Virus record (IMG/VR): IMGVR_UViG_3300025141_016306
Location: 1 to 64,000 of that record
Source: a virus
Direction: 5' to 3' (one strand)
Length of the DNA stretch: 64,000 bases
A program made the translations under genes and the position numbers. The notes under the pieces were generated by a model. The model ran no database searches. It had not been told where the DNA came from and saw nothing but the letters and a program-made list of their open reading frames with translations. Below, piece after piece: positions 8,313-18,752 of this stretch (position 1 is its first letter; every line of letters starts with the position of its first letter).

Positions 8313-9491
8313 CTATATGTCTAATTTTAACTTAAATGTGAAATCTCGTAAAGCAGTTTTTTTGATGGGGGTGGCTAGATTGGCCACTGCGATGAGATTT
8401 TTATTCTTATCGTAAATTCCTATTTTATTTATAAACGTTTGATGTTTAAAGTCTGATTCAAAACGGTAAAACGAACTGCTCACAGTATTGAATATTTCAA
8501 CCTCTTCGGATTCCTGAAATCGATTTGATCCGGTTACCACCGTTCCAGACAAGTAGGACGCATGGTCTAATAGTGTCTGGTTGGTGGAAAAATTCAATTC
8601 CGATTTTGGCGCTGTTGCAAACATGGTGATGGTCTCAATATTGTTCTGACCTTCGAAGTTAACTCTAAAGCTGGCTGACGGCGTTACGCCTCCGATATTG
8701 TCATTTGCGCCGGCTGCGAAATCAATCCAGCGAAACTCCCCGGTATCGGCGCCGCGATCATGGGTAGCCTCAGAAAGGCCCCAGCTTCCTGTCAAGACAA
8801 CGACACCTTCTTTATATAAAACCACACCGGCAACAGCGCCGGCGCCATTAGTCTGTGCGTATGTGTTGCCAGAAACTTGGATAAGCTCTCCGTTGCGATA
8901 GAGATCTTGAGCTTCGGCGACTAGTGTGCCCGAAATATAGAACTTAAGGCTTGTGGTGCCTGGGTATATTTTGCTCCCATAGAAAATAGAAGGTATATAA
9001 AGCAGAGAAAGTTCCTGTGTCGCTTTATTCCACAAAGACGACGAGAACGCATAATGATTGGACATCGGCTGATAGTAGTTAAGGGTTTCCCGCAGAGCCA
9101 ACACGTGCGAGCCGGTGGGGAATAAGGTGCCGTGATCCACCGCAAAGTGCTCCCGGCCTAATGAAGCCGTTAGCGGATATGTTCCCGAAACCACGTTCCC
9201 ATATTCAAAAGCGCTAAAATAGTCCTTTTGGGAAACGCCGCCGAGTGCTTCAAAACTCCCCTCTTTCGTGACAAAAGGATATACCAGGGAGTCGCTTGGG
9301 CGATCTACATTTATTTCGTATAGGCTTAAATTACCTACATCCATGCAGCCGACGTTTGAGACAAACGCTCCCGACTCAGCATTTTTATTATTGAGGTAGA
9401 CCTTATTCTCGTTTATATCAAATTGTACTTCGGGATATGTCTCCATAGTGTTACGGAGAATCTCGTTCTTTTTAAACTTATAATAAGGCAT
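8313..9491 (-). CDS. Virion structural protein (baseplate/tail-fibre attachment family); paralog of 9524..10609
   Basis: C-terminal FINKIGIYDKNKNLIAVANLATPIKK...FKLKLD; central GVVLYKEGVVVLT shared with the neighbour's GHVYYQAGIMVLT. Confidence 0.7.
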   Translation of the reverse strand: MPYYKFKKNEILRNTMETYPEVQFDINENKVYLNNKNAESGAFVSNVGCMDVGNLSLYEINVDRPSDSLVYPFVTKEGSFEALGGVSQKDYFSAFEYGNVVSGTYPLTASLGREHFAVDHGTLFPTGSHVLALRETLNYYQPMSNHYAFSSSLWNKATQELSLLYIPSIFYGSKIYPGTTSLKFYISGTLVAEAQDLYRNGELIQVSGNTYAQTNGAGAVAGVVLYKEGVVVLTGSWGLSEATHDRGADTGEFRWIDFAAGANDNIGGVTPSASFRVNFEGQNNIETITMFATAPKSELNFSTNQTLLDHASYLSGTVVTGSNRFQESEEVEIFNTVSSSFYRFESDFKHQTFINKIGIYDKNKNLIAVANLATPIKKTALRDFTFKLKLDI

Positions 9492-9502
9492 CTATTTTTC
9501 TC

Positions 9503-9520
9503 TAAGTAATTGTAATTACT
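9503..9520 (-). promoter_or_regulatory. Putative late promoter variants (AGTAATTA / ATTACTTA)
   Basis: Intergenic AGTAATTACAATTACTTA before the ATG at 9491; the 11-mer ACAATTACTTA is also found at 33136-33146. Confidence 0.4.
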
Positions 9521-9523
9521 AGT

Positions 9524-10609
9524 TTAGTAATCAAGCCGTACCCGTAGAGTAATCTCGTTTGAAGGAGTTTTCTTCAGGGGCTCGGATAACTTCGCAACAG
9601 CCAAAAGTTCATTGTCGGGTGAATATAGCCCCACAGATGTGATGTAGGCCACTGGATCTGCCGCTGGGTTGTTGCCCTTGACAACGATTTCAGAGCCCGA
9701 CAAATAGGTTGTATTTGCAGAATAGTTAAATTCAGTATTGTGTGCGCGAGCAAAATAAATGGTAGAATTGAGTTCGGTCGTATTGTTAAACGATATATTA
9801 TCAAATGCATATCGCAGACCGTCGGAAAGTTGATCAATGGTGCCGCTTTTCAGCATCTGGTTCATAGATGACGTCATCCAGCCCGCGTCGGAATCTGGGC
9901 CTGGTGTGTCCGTTCCGGCGCCGGTATTATCTCCGCCGCCGAACTGACCCGTAAAGAACGAAGCAGTGAGGACCATGATGCCCGCTTGATAATAAACGTG
10001 CCCCACTGGGCTATTGTCTGTAATATCGGTCGATGAGGTGTAGAGAAGACCGTATTCGCCGGCGGGGCTGTTAGTTTTATAATTGGTGGCTGCGTTATAA
10101 TCTGAGATCGTGGTCTCTGTTCCGCGCGCGGTTCCCACAGCGCTGCTGGTGGCATACAAATCAATTGAGAACGATTCCTTTTTGATCTCATCCTTATTCA
10201 GCAATCGTGCGAACGAAACGAAAACGACTTCTCGCAGGTCATCGCTGGTATCGTAGTCCTCGGCGCCGTTTTTATCAAAATCCTTAATGTTTCCGCTGAT
10301 GTCAGTGTTGTTAAGCACGAGACACATTTGTTGGTAAATGTTTATCTTCTTAGTATTCTGTTCGTAATCGGGGTTGTTCAGACCAGACCCGGTGGCATAT
10401 CCCCACGTAATATCAAAAATATGGTTAGCAGAAGAACTTAAGTACGGATAGTCATAGACCGACTGGAACATCCCATGTGCGTATCCCTTAATGTTGTTGT
10501 CTGAATAGGTTCCGGAAACGATGGTACCGGTGATTGGAATCGCCTCGTGCAATAGTGTCCGAGTGTTCGCGATGTCTTCTGGTAAGAAGGTCTTGAATGA
10601 GTTAGCCAT
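9524..10609 (-). CDS. Virion structural protein (baseplate/tail-fibre attachment family)
   Basis: C-terminal YITSVGLYSPDNELLAVAKLSEPLKK...RVRLDY; S/T/G/N-rich; SD AGGAG. Confidence 0.7.
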   Translation of the reverse strand: MANSFKTFLPEDIANTRTLLHEAIPITGTIVSGTYSDNNIKGYAHGMFQSVYDYPYLSSSANHIFDITWGYATGSGLNNPDYEQNTKKINIYQQMCLVLNNTDISGNIKDFDKNGAEDYDTSDDLREVVFVSFARLLNKDEIKKESFSIDLYATSSAVGTARGTETTISDYNAATNYKTNSPAGEYGLLYTSSTDITDNSPVGHVYYQAGIMVLTASFFTGQFGGGDNTGAGTDTPGPDSDAGWMTSSMNQMLKSGTIDQLSDGLRYAFDNISFNNTTELNSTIYFARAHNTEFNYSANTTYLSGSEIVVKGNNPAADPVAYITSVGLYSPDNELLAVAKLSEPLKKTPSNEITLRVRLDY

Positions 10610-10625
10610 TATATTCTCCTAAATC

Positions 10626-11606
10626 TTAGCTTGTTGTGCTCTTTACATACGCCACGGGGATATCTATTCTATAGCCAGTGGTGACACCATATACGCGTAT
10701 CGTTGAACTAATAACTAAATAGTTCTGGTTGTCGCCGAAAGGATCGGGTTTGGATTCGCCAATGGTATTGAAGAGATAGTCGCTTTGACGTAATGCATCT
10801 TTCGCAAATATTGAAAACCCGAGCTTAGTACCGCGAGGTCCTGAAATCGATTCCCAGTTGGGCGGGAGCTGAGCGCCGGCACCGTCGTTATCGGAAGTGA
10901 GCGCTCCGGGTGCCGAGGATTTAATATAGCCGCCCACATTTTGAGTGAGATAATACGTTGCAATCTGATCGTCGTCAACAAAGGCTGGCGATGCGAGGCC
11001 CGTCGAGGTTCCGCCGGCGAACGCGATGTCTACTAGTTGACCGAGGCGGTTATCCATCTCGATCATATATTGTTGTTCTGTAAGTTCCGGGCTCAAGTTA
11101 GCATCTGCGGAGATCTTTGTGGTGTTGAGCCCCTGATCAACCCGGATAAAGCCGTTCGGTGACGAATTCTGCGTTGTGGTACCATCCAGAGCGCGTGTCC
11201 CCGTGTCCAGGGCAAGGTTCTGGACCGCGGTCGTATCAACCGTGATAATAAAAGAACCTGTGCCAAAAGCTTGTAGTTGAGGTAGCATCGCTTGAGGTTG
11301 GATTTGATTTAATTTCAATTCGGGCAAAAAGAGCAGATTGTTGTTTGTGAGACTGATGAGCCGGCTTTTCAGGGAAGAGCGATTGTTGGTGAACGCCTCA
11401 AGAATTGGCGTTTGCAAGATTTCTAAGTCATAGTAAGCGGAACCGCTAGCGTTGGTTGAATCGTACTTCGCGTAGTCAATTTCATCGTCCCCAAACGCAT
11501 ATTTCGTTACTTTAAAGGTGCCGTCGCCGCGGGCCAATCTTTTTCTCCCCGCATCCGTTAACACTGCATCTAAGATGATGTCGCCAGAATTATCTAAAAA
11601 CCCCAT
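10626..11606 (-). CDS. Virion structural protein with tail-collar/gpH-like N-terminal motif
   Basis: MGFLDNSGDIILDAVLTDAGRKRLARG...KVTKYAFGDDEIDY; SD AAGGAG; late promoter upstream. Confidence 0.7.
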   Translation of the reverse strand: MGFLDNSGDIILDAVLTDAGRKRLARGDGTFKVTKYAFGDDEIDYAKYDSTNASGSAYYDLEILQTPILEAFTNNRSSLKSRLISLTNNNLLFLPELKLNQIQPQAMLPQLQAFGTGSFIITVDTTAVQNLALDTGTRALDGTTTQNSSPNGFIRVDQGLNTTKISADANLSPELTEQQYMIEMDNRLGQLVDIAFAGGTSTGLASPAFVDDDQIATYYLTQNVGGYIKSSAPGALTSDNDGAGAQLPPNWESISGPRGTKLGFSIFAKDALRQSDYLFNTIGESKPDPFGDNQNYLVISSTIRVYGVTTGYRIDIPVAYVKSTTS

Positions 11607-11624
11607 AATTTTGCTCCTTTTTAT

Positions 11625-11632
11625 TAATTAGT
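11625..11632 (-). promoter_or_regulatory. Putative phage late promoter ACTAATTA
   Basis: Exact octamer 18 nt before the ATG at 11606. Confidence 0.6.
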
Positions 11633-11678
11633 CTCTTTTATAGTATATTGATCTATTATCTACGCATTCCGCGCTATT

Positions 11679-14600
11679 TTAGTCCCCACACAACGTATCA
11701 GAACTATTAACGATATTGGCATTATTAAGTAGTCCCTCGGACTCTTTATAGACCTCTGAGCCCGTTGGCTTGCCCGGGCTGGCTACAGGCGCTCCGGTAG
11801 TGTCTCCGCCGACCGCGTTCATGTTCGAGGAGACAAATTTGTTGATGATTTGATTGTTCATATCCACATTGATGTCTATCTTCTTTCCTGTCTTCTTTGA
11901 TATTATCCTAAACTTGTATTTTTTGAAAGCATCACCCGCCAACGGCTGGTAGGCCACATCTGCGGTTTCGGCGCTTTGGCCGACCGCTTTTCTCAAGTTA
12001 TCACTAAGCGCAATTTTAATATACTTTTTAAACGGAACGCTTGTGATTGCTGTCGGCCTCTTAAAGTGAAAAGGCTTCAAAACCATAAAGGGAGGCGAAG
12101 CCTCTTCTTTCACAATGCGCACTGAAAAAATGTTCGTTGGATTGGATATATTCCCATGAACGTCTATAAATCGTGCAAAATAATAATAAGTAACGTTTGA
12201 AGATATGATATCATCTGTGCCGCTTTGTTTTAAAGAATTCAAAGTAATTTTTTTGACATTGGCCTCGTCTCTAAAGTCCGACCACTGTTCAGGCTTCTTG
12301 TTAAGCCTATAGACTTCATACGTTCCCCGGTTATCATCCGTCTTGTAAAGTATGTGCCCTTGAGGTTTGGCCTCGGCCTTTTGCGCTTTCTTATATTCAG
12401 CCACTTTGGCTGCGTCTGTGCTAAATATTTGTGTGTTTGGAATCAAAGGTCTTTCCCCATAATTTTGATTCAGCAGCATTAAAACCCGATTAGCTGATCC
12501 CTGATAAGGGTGAAATGCGATATCGGGGGGTAGCGGTGGTTTATCGGTAACAAAAGTTTCGTGGTGTTCTTCGCCGCCCGGGCGGATCAATTCCTCGTTA
12601 TTATAATAGGGCGCGCGGACAATTAGCGCGTAGGGTTCTATGATCGGCGCAATCAGCCGCGGCGGCTTATATTCATAAAGCCCCTCTTCCAGGGAGATAT
12701 ACCCATCATATGTGTCGCCTTGTGTGCCGGCTGGCGGGGGCTGCGGGGTTCCTCGGTTGTAACGATAAACAGCGCCGACAACAAGCGTGTGAGCATAAAC
12801 CTCATAAACGTACTTCTGCTCATAAAAAACCTGCGTATCGAGATAGCTGAGCGGAGTGTCTTTGTCAAACATGTTGGGGATGAATATGCTCTGGATTCTT
12901 TTCTTTTGGCGGCCCGGGAGAGTGCCAGCCGCGTCGTCGTATTTATATTTGACTATCTCATAGGCGATAACCTCCGTGTGGCATTTTTTCCCCTCGTAGG
13001 CTTCTTTGAGTGACGGTGCTCGATTGAAAAGATATTCCATGATGTCGTCATTAATTGTATTAAGTGCCGAGTGAAATACTTCCATTGAATCGGCATAGCC
13101 GTGCTTCACCTCGTGAATATTCAACAAATTAGAGAGTTTTACATTCTTTTCATCATTAATATAGGGGCCATAAGTATTATTAAAAGTCTCAAGCGAGTCC
13201 ATATTAAGTAATTGAGAGAGGTCAAAAATTTGTGTGTCGACCATCGCCACATTGTTATGGAGAGTTTGCAATGCAGAATCACTAAGAGTCGCATCTTCCA
13301 TCATAAAATTCACAAAATCATGATACATTACAAACCGGTGCGCAAAACTAATATCGCCTCCGGAAGGATTATAAGTGTTATAGTAAGTGGTGTTATTAGC
13401 CAACAGCGTCATTAACATATTGACCATGCCTCCAGTGGGGCTTCGGCGATTAATCGTGTCCATAAGTCCAGAAGAAAATTGAGTGCCTAAATCGATTTCA
13501 ACACCATATGGGAATGCCTTTTTCAATGCTTTAGTCGAATTCAATAGCCCCTTGTCCGTCAACACAATTGTGTCAAATCGCGCAGCCGTGTGATATCGCT
13601 CAACCCCGGTTGCGACGGCACTCAGATCGGAATATGCCCATGGCCACCCTTCATGGATTAAAACAGAACTATTGCGCGTTAACTTAACATAATCCTTTAC
13701 AGTTAGCTTGTCCTTCGAGATTGGAGTTTTATTTCCCAAATCAATAAGCTGGTGGAAATAACCACTGGTGCTTTTTGGGGAACTCTTATAAGCATTGTAG
13801 ACATAAGGGTTGGGCAATTGCCATTCCGAAACCACGTTCTGGGGGCTAAGTTCAAAAAGTTCGTTATAGAAGTTATAATATGGTGTTACTTTCACATTTC
13901 GCGCGACAGTGTGCTCGTCTTCCATGCTTTTTTCGCTAAATGGCGTTGCAACGTTAAAATCGGCAACGAAATATGTATGAAAGGGATACGAGGCAAACAC
14001 TTCGTCCATGGTCTGCACCATCGGGAACATTAATTGATAGATCATGCGAAAGAAAAACGTTTGTTCGCGAGTCTTGGTGAAATGTTTCCAACTCTCCGGG
14101 TCCACGCCAGTATCATATAGTGCCTTAGTGAGCCCGGTACCGGGCCACGCGTTGAGCTTAGCCTGCTCATTGTAGGGTGCGACGCTGAGAGTGGAGAGGG
14201 GCATTATGTCCAACCCAGCCGGGGGCATCTTCGGCCATTGAAGTTGGTGGTCTCTAAAAGCATGCGCGCTTAAGCCTTCTGGGACTGTATAGGGTGTATC
14301 GGCTTCTTGCCACTCAGTAAAAAAATCTTTGACGGCCTGGGTAGTTTTATCCCACCGGAGAAGCGAATCTGTGGGTAACTCGGGCGCAATAATGGGGTTG
14401 GAGAGCCCCCACCATGGCTGGTGGGTGCGGTCATCTCTCACAGTCAAATTTGTGAAATAATCTGTGAATTTAAAACTTGCGGAAAAGTTGGCAAAATTAG
14501 TATCAATAATTTGCTGGGCGTCAAGCAAGTTGATTTTAGGGGCGTCGCTTGTTTTGAACTCTACGGAGCTTCCCGCAATTTGCTGCGAAGGTGGAGGTGC

Positions 14601-14855
14601 TAGAGTCCACTGTGTCTCCATGCCAGCGGCGGGCTTCACGAGGTGAAATTGGCGTCCCACCAAAAACCGAAAGAGATCTGGAAGAAACTTGTAGTCCAAA
14701 GAACGTGGAAGAAACTTGTAGTCCAGGGCGCCCTTTTTTACCGCAGAAGCTATAAACTTGGTGAGGGCGAGAGATTTTCGCTTCGTAAACGGAGAAAGAT
14801 CTAGCTTGTCAAAGCCGTCAATCAAAGTGTATTTTTTTGTTTTTCCTTTAGACAT
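11679..14855 (-). CDS. Large hypothetical structural protein, beta-sandwich/FN3-like C-terminal region
   Basis: 1058 aa within the baseplate block; YLDTQV...YVYEVYA and YYYFARFIDVHGNISNP resemble FN3 strands. Confidence 0.55.
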   Translation of the reverse strand: MSKGKTKKYTLIDGFDKLDLSPFTKRKSLALTKFIASAVKKGALDYKFLPRSLDYKFLPDLFRFLVGRQFHLVKPAAGMETQWTLAPPPSQQIAGSSVEFKTSDAPKINLLDAQQIIDTNFANFSASFKFTDYFTNLTVRDDRTHQPWWGLSNPIIAPELPTDSLLRWDKTTQAVKDFFTEWQEADTPYTVPEGLSAHAFRDHQLQWPKMPPAGLDIMPLSTLSVAPYNEQAKLNAWPGTGLTKALYDTGVDPESWKHFTKTREQTFFFRMIYQLMFPMVQTMDEVFASYPFHTYFVADFNVATPFSEKSMEDEHTVARNVKVTPYYNFYNELFELSPQNVVSEWQLPNPYVYNAYKSSPKSTSGYFHQLIDLGNKTPISKDKLTVKDYVKLTRNSSVLIHEGWPWAYSDLSAVATGVERYHTAARFDTIVLTDKGLLNSTKALKKAFPYGVEIDLGTQFSSGLMDTINRRSPTGGMVNMLMTLLANNTTYYNTYNPSGGDISFAHRFVMYHDFVNFMMEDATLSDSALQTLHNNVAMVDTQIFDLSQLLNMDSLETFNNTYGPYINDEKNVKLSNLLNIHEVKHGYADSMEVFHSALNTINDDIMEYLFNRAPSLKEAYEGKKCHTEVIAYEIVKYKYDDAAGTLPGRQKKRIQSIFIPNMFDKDTPLSYLDTQVFYEQKYVYEVYAHTLVVGAVYRYNRGTPQPPPAGTQGDTYDGYISLEEGLYEYKPPRLIAPIIEPYALIVRAPYYNNEELIRPGGEEHHETFVTDKPPLPPDIAFHPYQGSANRVLMLLNQNYGERPLIPNTQIFSTDAAKVAEYKKAQKAEAKPQGHILYKTDDNRGTYEVYRLNKKPEQWSDFRDEANVKKITLNSLKQSGTDDIISSNVTYYYFARFIDVHGNISNPTNIFSVRIVKEEASPPFMVLKPFHFKRPTAITSVPFKKYIKIALSDNLRKAVGQSAETADVAYQPLAGDAFKKYKFRIISKKTGKKIDINVDMNNQIINKFVSSNMNAVGGDTTGAPVASPGKPTGSEVYKESEGLLNNANIVNSSDTLCGD
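14679..14725. repeat. Perfect 20-bp direct repeat with 27-bp period (in-frame duplication LDYKFLP-RS-LDYKFLP)
   Basis: tggaagaaacttgtagtcca at 14679-14698 and 14706-14725. Confidence 0.9.
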
Positions 14856-14863
14856 GGTTTACC

Positions 14864-15169
14864 TTAATTTCCACTAGTGCCGCCGCCCGGGCCGCCGGCG
14901 GGTGTGCCGCCCGGCTGGGTTGGCTCATCACATTCCGATGTGCCCCCCGTATCTTTAGCTGTGTCTTGTACTCCCGTTGCGATGCTTGGCTGTGTTGGCG
15001 GCGTCTCATTGAAAAGGCCGGCCAACTTTGGAGCGGCGGCGATTACGGTCGGTACGCCGTTCGCGAGCAGTTGAATAAGCGCTGTTGTTTGAGAAGACGG
15101 TATCATAGCCTTCTCATAGCCTTCTAAAACCAAGTAAGCATTAGTATAATAGTCTGTTTCATAGCCCAT
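14864..15169 (-). CDS. Small hypothetical protein with Gly/Pro/Thr-rich tail
   Basis: 101 aa ORF that exactly fills the gap between two large genes; GAGGG SD and ACTAATTA upstream. Confidence 0.6.
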   Translation of the reverse strand: MGYETDYYTNAYLVLEGYEKAMIPSSQTTALIQLLANGVPTVIAAAPKLAGLFNETPPTQPSIATGVQDTAKDTGGTSECDEPTQPGGTPAGGPGGGTSGN

Positions 15170-15170
15170 A

Positions 15171-18100
15171 TTATATACCCTCTATAATTAGTCCCGTGCC
15201 ACCATTTAAGTTAGGTGGCAAGGAGGTTCCCACCGCCGCGTTTGATGCAGGGGTGGTGATTGCGTTGCCGATAGTTGTGCCCAAAGTTGTTCCCGGTGTG
15301 CCCGCGACAGTTCCGCGTAAATAAAAGAATTGATTATAAGTTTCAAAATCTGCAAATAGCGCAGCGAACTTTCGATCAATAAGCTTATTATCTAGGCAAA
15401 GCTCCACTTTGCAATACAATTGCTCGCCCGGGCCTATCGACGCTAGCGTTTGTTGAGTCAGGGGTTTCCAGCGCTTGGCAATAACTTGATTGGTATAGTT
15501 ATACGCAGTGGGGCTTTTGGCAGATGTGACGACGGCATTTTCAAACCCATCAAAATACTGTACTTTTCCGAAGAGACCCAGAAATAGAACGTATAAAGGA
15601 TAATTTTCCAATCTTAAGTGTCCCAAATTGTCAAACAATTTTCCGAATGTATCGGGCGATAGTTTGCCCGGATCATAAAAGCCGCCCTGCTTCGTCTCGC
15701 TTGCAATCTGTGCCAATAAATTTAAAGCTGCGGGATTTTGAATGGCGCGCTTTTGGATCAGATCCGTTAGGAAGTGTTCGGCCGGCCATGCCATTTTTTT
15801 GCCTAAGAAGAAGGGGCTTTCTTGAACATTATACAAGCTCAACTCTCTGTAATTATTAAGATTATCAGAAAACAGGAGCGTTAAAAGGCTTTTAGCAGTC
15901 TTAAGGGGATACTTCTCTAAAGGTCCGCCTTGCCACAAATAGCGCGGATCAAAAACGGACCCAAAGGGGTTCTGCTTCGTTACCGCGCTGGGGTCTACAC
16001 CAAATATAGAATTAAAGCCTCCTGGAGCGGTGATCACCGGGGTGTAGCTGATCCCAAAGTTATCATCATAAAATTCATTTTGATAATAGTTGCCGCCCGT
16101 CGATGACTCGTCGGCCCAGAATAAATTATCAACCGCGGCGGCTTGAAGAATGTCGCCTGGTTGCGCGAGGATTTTGGCGATATCATCGTCAGTGTTCAAC
16201 TGAAACCTCACGCCAAAAAAGCTTAGCGTTTCTGGAATGGAAATGGGGAGACCCTTCGCTGAGGCTCTCGTATAAAGTTTTCTTCGCATGGCTTGGTAAA
16301 CCTTTTGTTCGAAGGGCGCCTTATTTTTCTGATTGAAAAGATTTAGGCCGGCGCTGTTTATAAGGGGCAGGTAGGCCGGCGATCCGCCGGTTTCGATTTG
16401 CCCTAAAGGTACCGCGCTTGGATCTTTATATAGAGATCGCGCGTAGTGAGTCACAGCGTCGGTATAAGAAGGCACGGGGACCATTTTTACAAACTGAGTG
16501 TCGGAATCGGCGCTGGTGCCCGGCAAACCTGCAAACCAATCGAAATGGTTTCTCATTTTTTCTAAACTAAGCTTCTCTTTAAAAGTATGCGAAAACGTAA
16601 TAAGGCCAGGGTTATTTCCCGGGGCGGCCTTCCAGTAAACGTTCCCGTTGCTCTTTTCATAATCGGTATACGAAAAATTGCTCGTCCCCTTGGTTTTTTG
16701 CGCAGAGTCATAAAGGCTTAACAACTTCCTCAACCGGTCTTCCAGGAGTCCCAATACAGTACGGGCACGAGTTAACAAGGTCGGGGTGGTGGTGCTTAAT
16801 GAAAGGCTGTTCTTCAAGAAAGCTGCCAGGGCAAAAAGAACACCAGAGAGGGCGACACCATCAAAACTAGAGACTGATTCGGCCTCATTCTGCACATTTA
16901 AAGCCGCAAATGCAAAAAGCAAGCTATCCGGAGTGAGAGATGCTCCGCTGAATTCGGTCGCGGCGGCGACTGGCATGCCTTCTTGTATACCAAAGGTAAA
17001 GAAGCCCGCGTTAGAAAGAGCCTTTTCTAGAAATTGAGGATGGTATTTGTTTAAATGGGAGTTAAAGGCCGCTGCCGACGGATTGCCTAACGCTGTCGCG
17101 CCTTGCGCCCCGTAGCGCGCTGCGCTGGATGGGTCGGGCTGTGGGCCGGCGAGCATAATCTTTGAATTGGAACGTTGAAGAAGCTCGTCTAGATTAGCTA
17201 GGATTGTACGTAACTTCCCCTGCTTTTCAGCAAGATAGCTGACAAAAGGATCTTGGAACTTTACAGCGACCTGATAAGTATAGGTCGCATCGTCGTAGCT
17301 CCGCACGTCCAGTTCTCCGTCCCTAAACTCATAATAGGTTATATTTGGCGCGTTGCCTTTGTTCTTAAAGTTGGTTGCCGTTTTGAGTGTATGCCCTTTG
17401 CTTATAGAGACCCCCAACTCGTTAACTTCTCCTTTGTCGGTGGCATATGCCTCGTTGCGGGAAGTCAACAATAGGGTTTTTTGGCCGGTTGTTGTGTTGA
17501 CCCGGGAAACCTGAATGTCTAAGATGTTTAGCCGATCAACAAAAAATTGGGGGGCGTCAGAGTCAAACATTGTAAGTTTATCCAAGAGGGGAGCCAGCGT
17601 GGATGTCTCTTTTATCAACAAGAGCTTGTCTATGGCAAACCATAAGTTAACTTTGGCCTTGGCCGAGTCGCCTATTTCCCATTTGGAGGGTGCTATCTTT
17701 TTAATCGAATAGTCGGCCTCGGAAAATATAGCAGTTTTACTGTTGTAAGCATCAAGTGTGCTTTTTGTATTATTGGCCGTACGATTAAGCACTTGCGTTG
17801 TTGTGTTCAATAGCTTTTCAAAATTTGACGAATTGTATGCGAACATGTTCTCAATTTGGCCAACGACCCGGTTGTCCACGATCTTTGTGTTGGATACGGG
17901 AACGGCAAGAACATAGGGATGCGGCGCGGATGAGTGCTTTTCTCCGGCCATGTATCTATATGCACCGTTGACATAGTGCCGATGCACGGGGCCGCACCAC
18001 ATATCTCCAGGGAGCCCATATTTTAAAACTACGTATTCGTCATCGTTACCTGGCTGCTGGGTATCAGGTAAGGATCTGCGCATGGGGAATTCTTCTCCAT

Positions 18101-18752
18101 TCGCTCTATAATATTTATCAATACTGAACCAGAAGGTGTTAGTGGGGGGCTTTCCTCCGCGGAAGATAATTTCCGCGGTAAAAGATATGTTGCTTGTGTT
18201 GATAGTAGGAGTGAGAGAAGAATACATAAAAACGCATGCCAGGAAAGAGGGGCTGCCTTCATATTTATAAGATACCTGTGCCTTAAGTGGCATGTTAACG
18301 ATGTCAATGCCCTTCTCCTCATACAAGAATCTACTTACATCGCTGGCCTTGAGGACGGCGGTTGGGGTGGCGCTAGCCTCGACAAACTGGGTTTTACCCG
18401 GAATCTTGTTAAGAAAATAAGCCAATTTGTTCTCGGCCAAGAGGAAGTCTGCAAGAGTCGATTCATCCGTAATAAGCTTATACCACAAGACATTGTCATT
18501 TAGCATTTGGGCTACTTGCTCAATTTTAAAATTACCACAAGGGCCTGCACCGGTGCGTGGACTCGGATAAAGCGATTTTAAAGCCATATCAAAAGTCACC
18601 TTAATTTGATTTTCACTAATGGAGGCGCTCGGTTTTCCCGGCTGTTCGGTGTAAAGATCAGTAAACCCGGGCTGTTTTTGCCCTTCCGACTTGCTGTCCT
18701 CTATCAAAACCTTGCTTATGTATGGCTTCGGTACTTGTGTTAATCCTTTCAT
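15171..18752 (-). CDS. Large hypothetical structural protein
   Basis: About 1193 aa; ATG at 18752 overlaps the upstream stop (TGATG); lies in the baseplate block; contains WCGPVH...YMAGEKH. Confidence 0.6.
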   Translation of the reverse strand: MKGLTQVPKPYISKVLIEDSKSEGQKQPGFTDLYTEQPGKPSASISENQIKVTFDMALKSLYPSPRTGAGPCGNFKIEQVAQMLNDNVLWYKLITDESTLADFLLAENKLAYFLNKIPGKTQFVEASATPTAVLKASDVSRFLYEEKGIDIVNMPLKAQVSYKYEGSPSFLACVFMYSSLTPTINTSNISFTAEIIFRGGKPPTNTFWFSIDKYYRANGEEFPMRRSLPDTQQPGNDDEYVVLKYGLPGDMWCGPVHRHYVNGAYRYMAGEKHSSAPHPYVLAVPVSNTKIVDNRVVGQIENMFAYNSSNFEKLLNTTTQVLNRTANNTKSTLDAYNSKTAIFSEADYSIKKIAPSKWEIGDSAKAKVNLWFAIDKLLLIKETSTLAPLLDKLTMFDSDAPQFFVDRLNILDIQVSRVNTTTGQKTLLLTSRNEAYATDKGEVNELGVSISKGHTLKTATNFKNKGNAPNITYYEFRDGELDVRSYDDATYTYQVAVKFQDPFVSYLAEKQGKLRTILANLDELLQRSNSKIMLAGPQPDPSSAARYGAQGATALGNPSAAAFNSHLNKYHPQFLEKALSNAGFFTFGIQEGMPVAAATEFSGASLTPDSLLFAFAALNVQNEAESVSSFDGVALSGVLFALAAFLKNSLSLSTTTPTLLTRARTVLGLLEDRLRKLLSLYDSAQKTKGTSNFSYTDYEKSNGNVYWKAAPGNNPGLITFSHTFKEKLSLEKMRNHFDWFAGLPGTSADSDTQFVKMVPVPSYTDAVTHYARSLYKDPSAVPLGQIETGGSPAYLPLINSAGLNLFNQKNKAPFEQKVYQAMRRKLYTRASAKGLPISIPETLSFFGVRFQLNTDDDIAKILAQPGDILQAAAVDNLFWADESSTGGNYYQNEFYDDNFGISYTPVITAPGGFNSIFGVDPSAVTKQNPFGSVFDPRYLWQGGPLEKYPLKTAKSLLTLLFSDNLNNYRELSLYNVQESPFFLGKKMAWPAEHFLTDLIQKRAIQNPAALNLLAQIASETKQGGFYDPGKLSPDTFGKLFDNLGHLRLENYPLYVLFLGLFGKVQYFDGFENAVVTSAKSPTAYNYTNQVIAKRWKPLTQQTLASIGPGEQLYCKVELCLDNKLIDRKFAALFADFETYNQFFYLRGTVAGTPGTTLGTTIGNAITTPASNAAVGTSLPPNLNGGTGLIIEGI
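15185..15192 (-). promoter_or_regulatory. Putative phage late promoter ACTAATTA (inside the 3' end of the upstream gene)
   Basis: Exact octamer 15 nt before the ATG at 15169. Confidence 0.45.
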
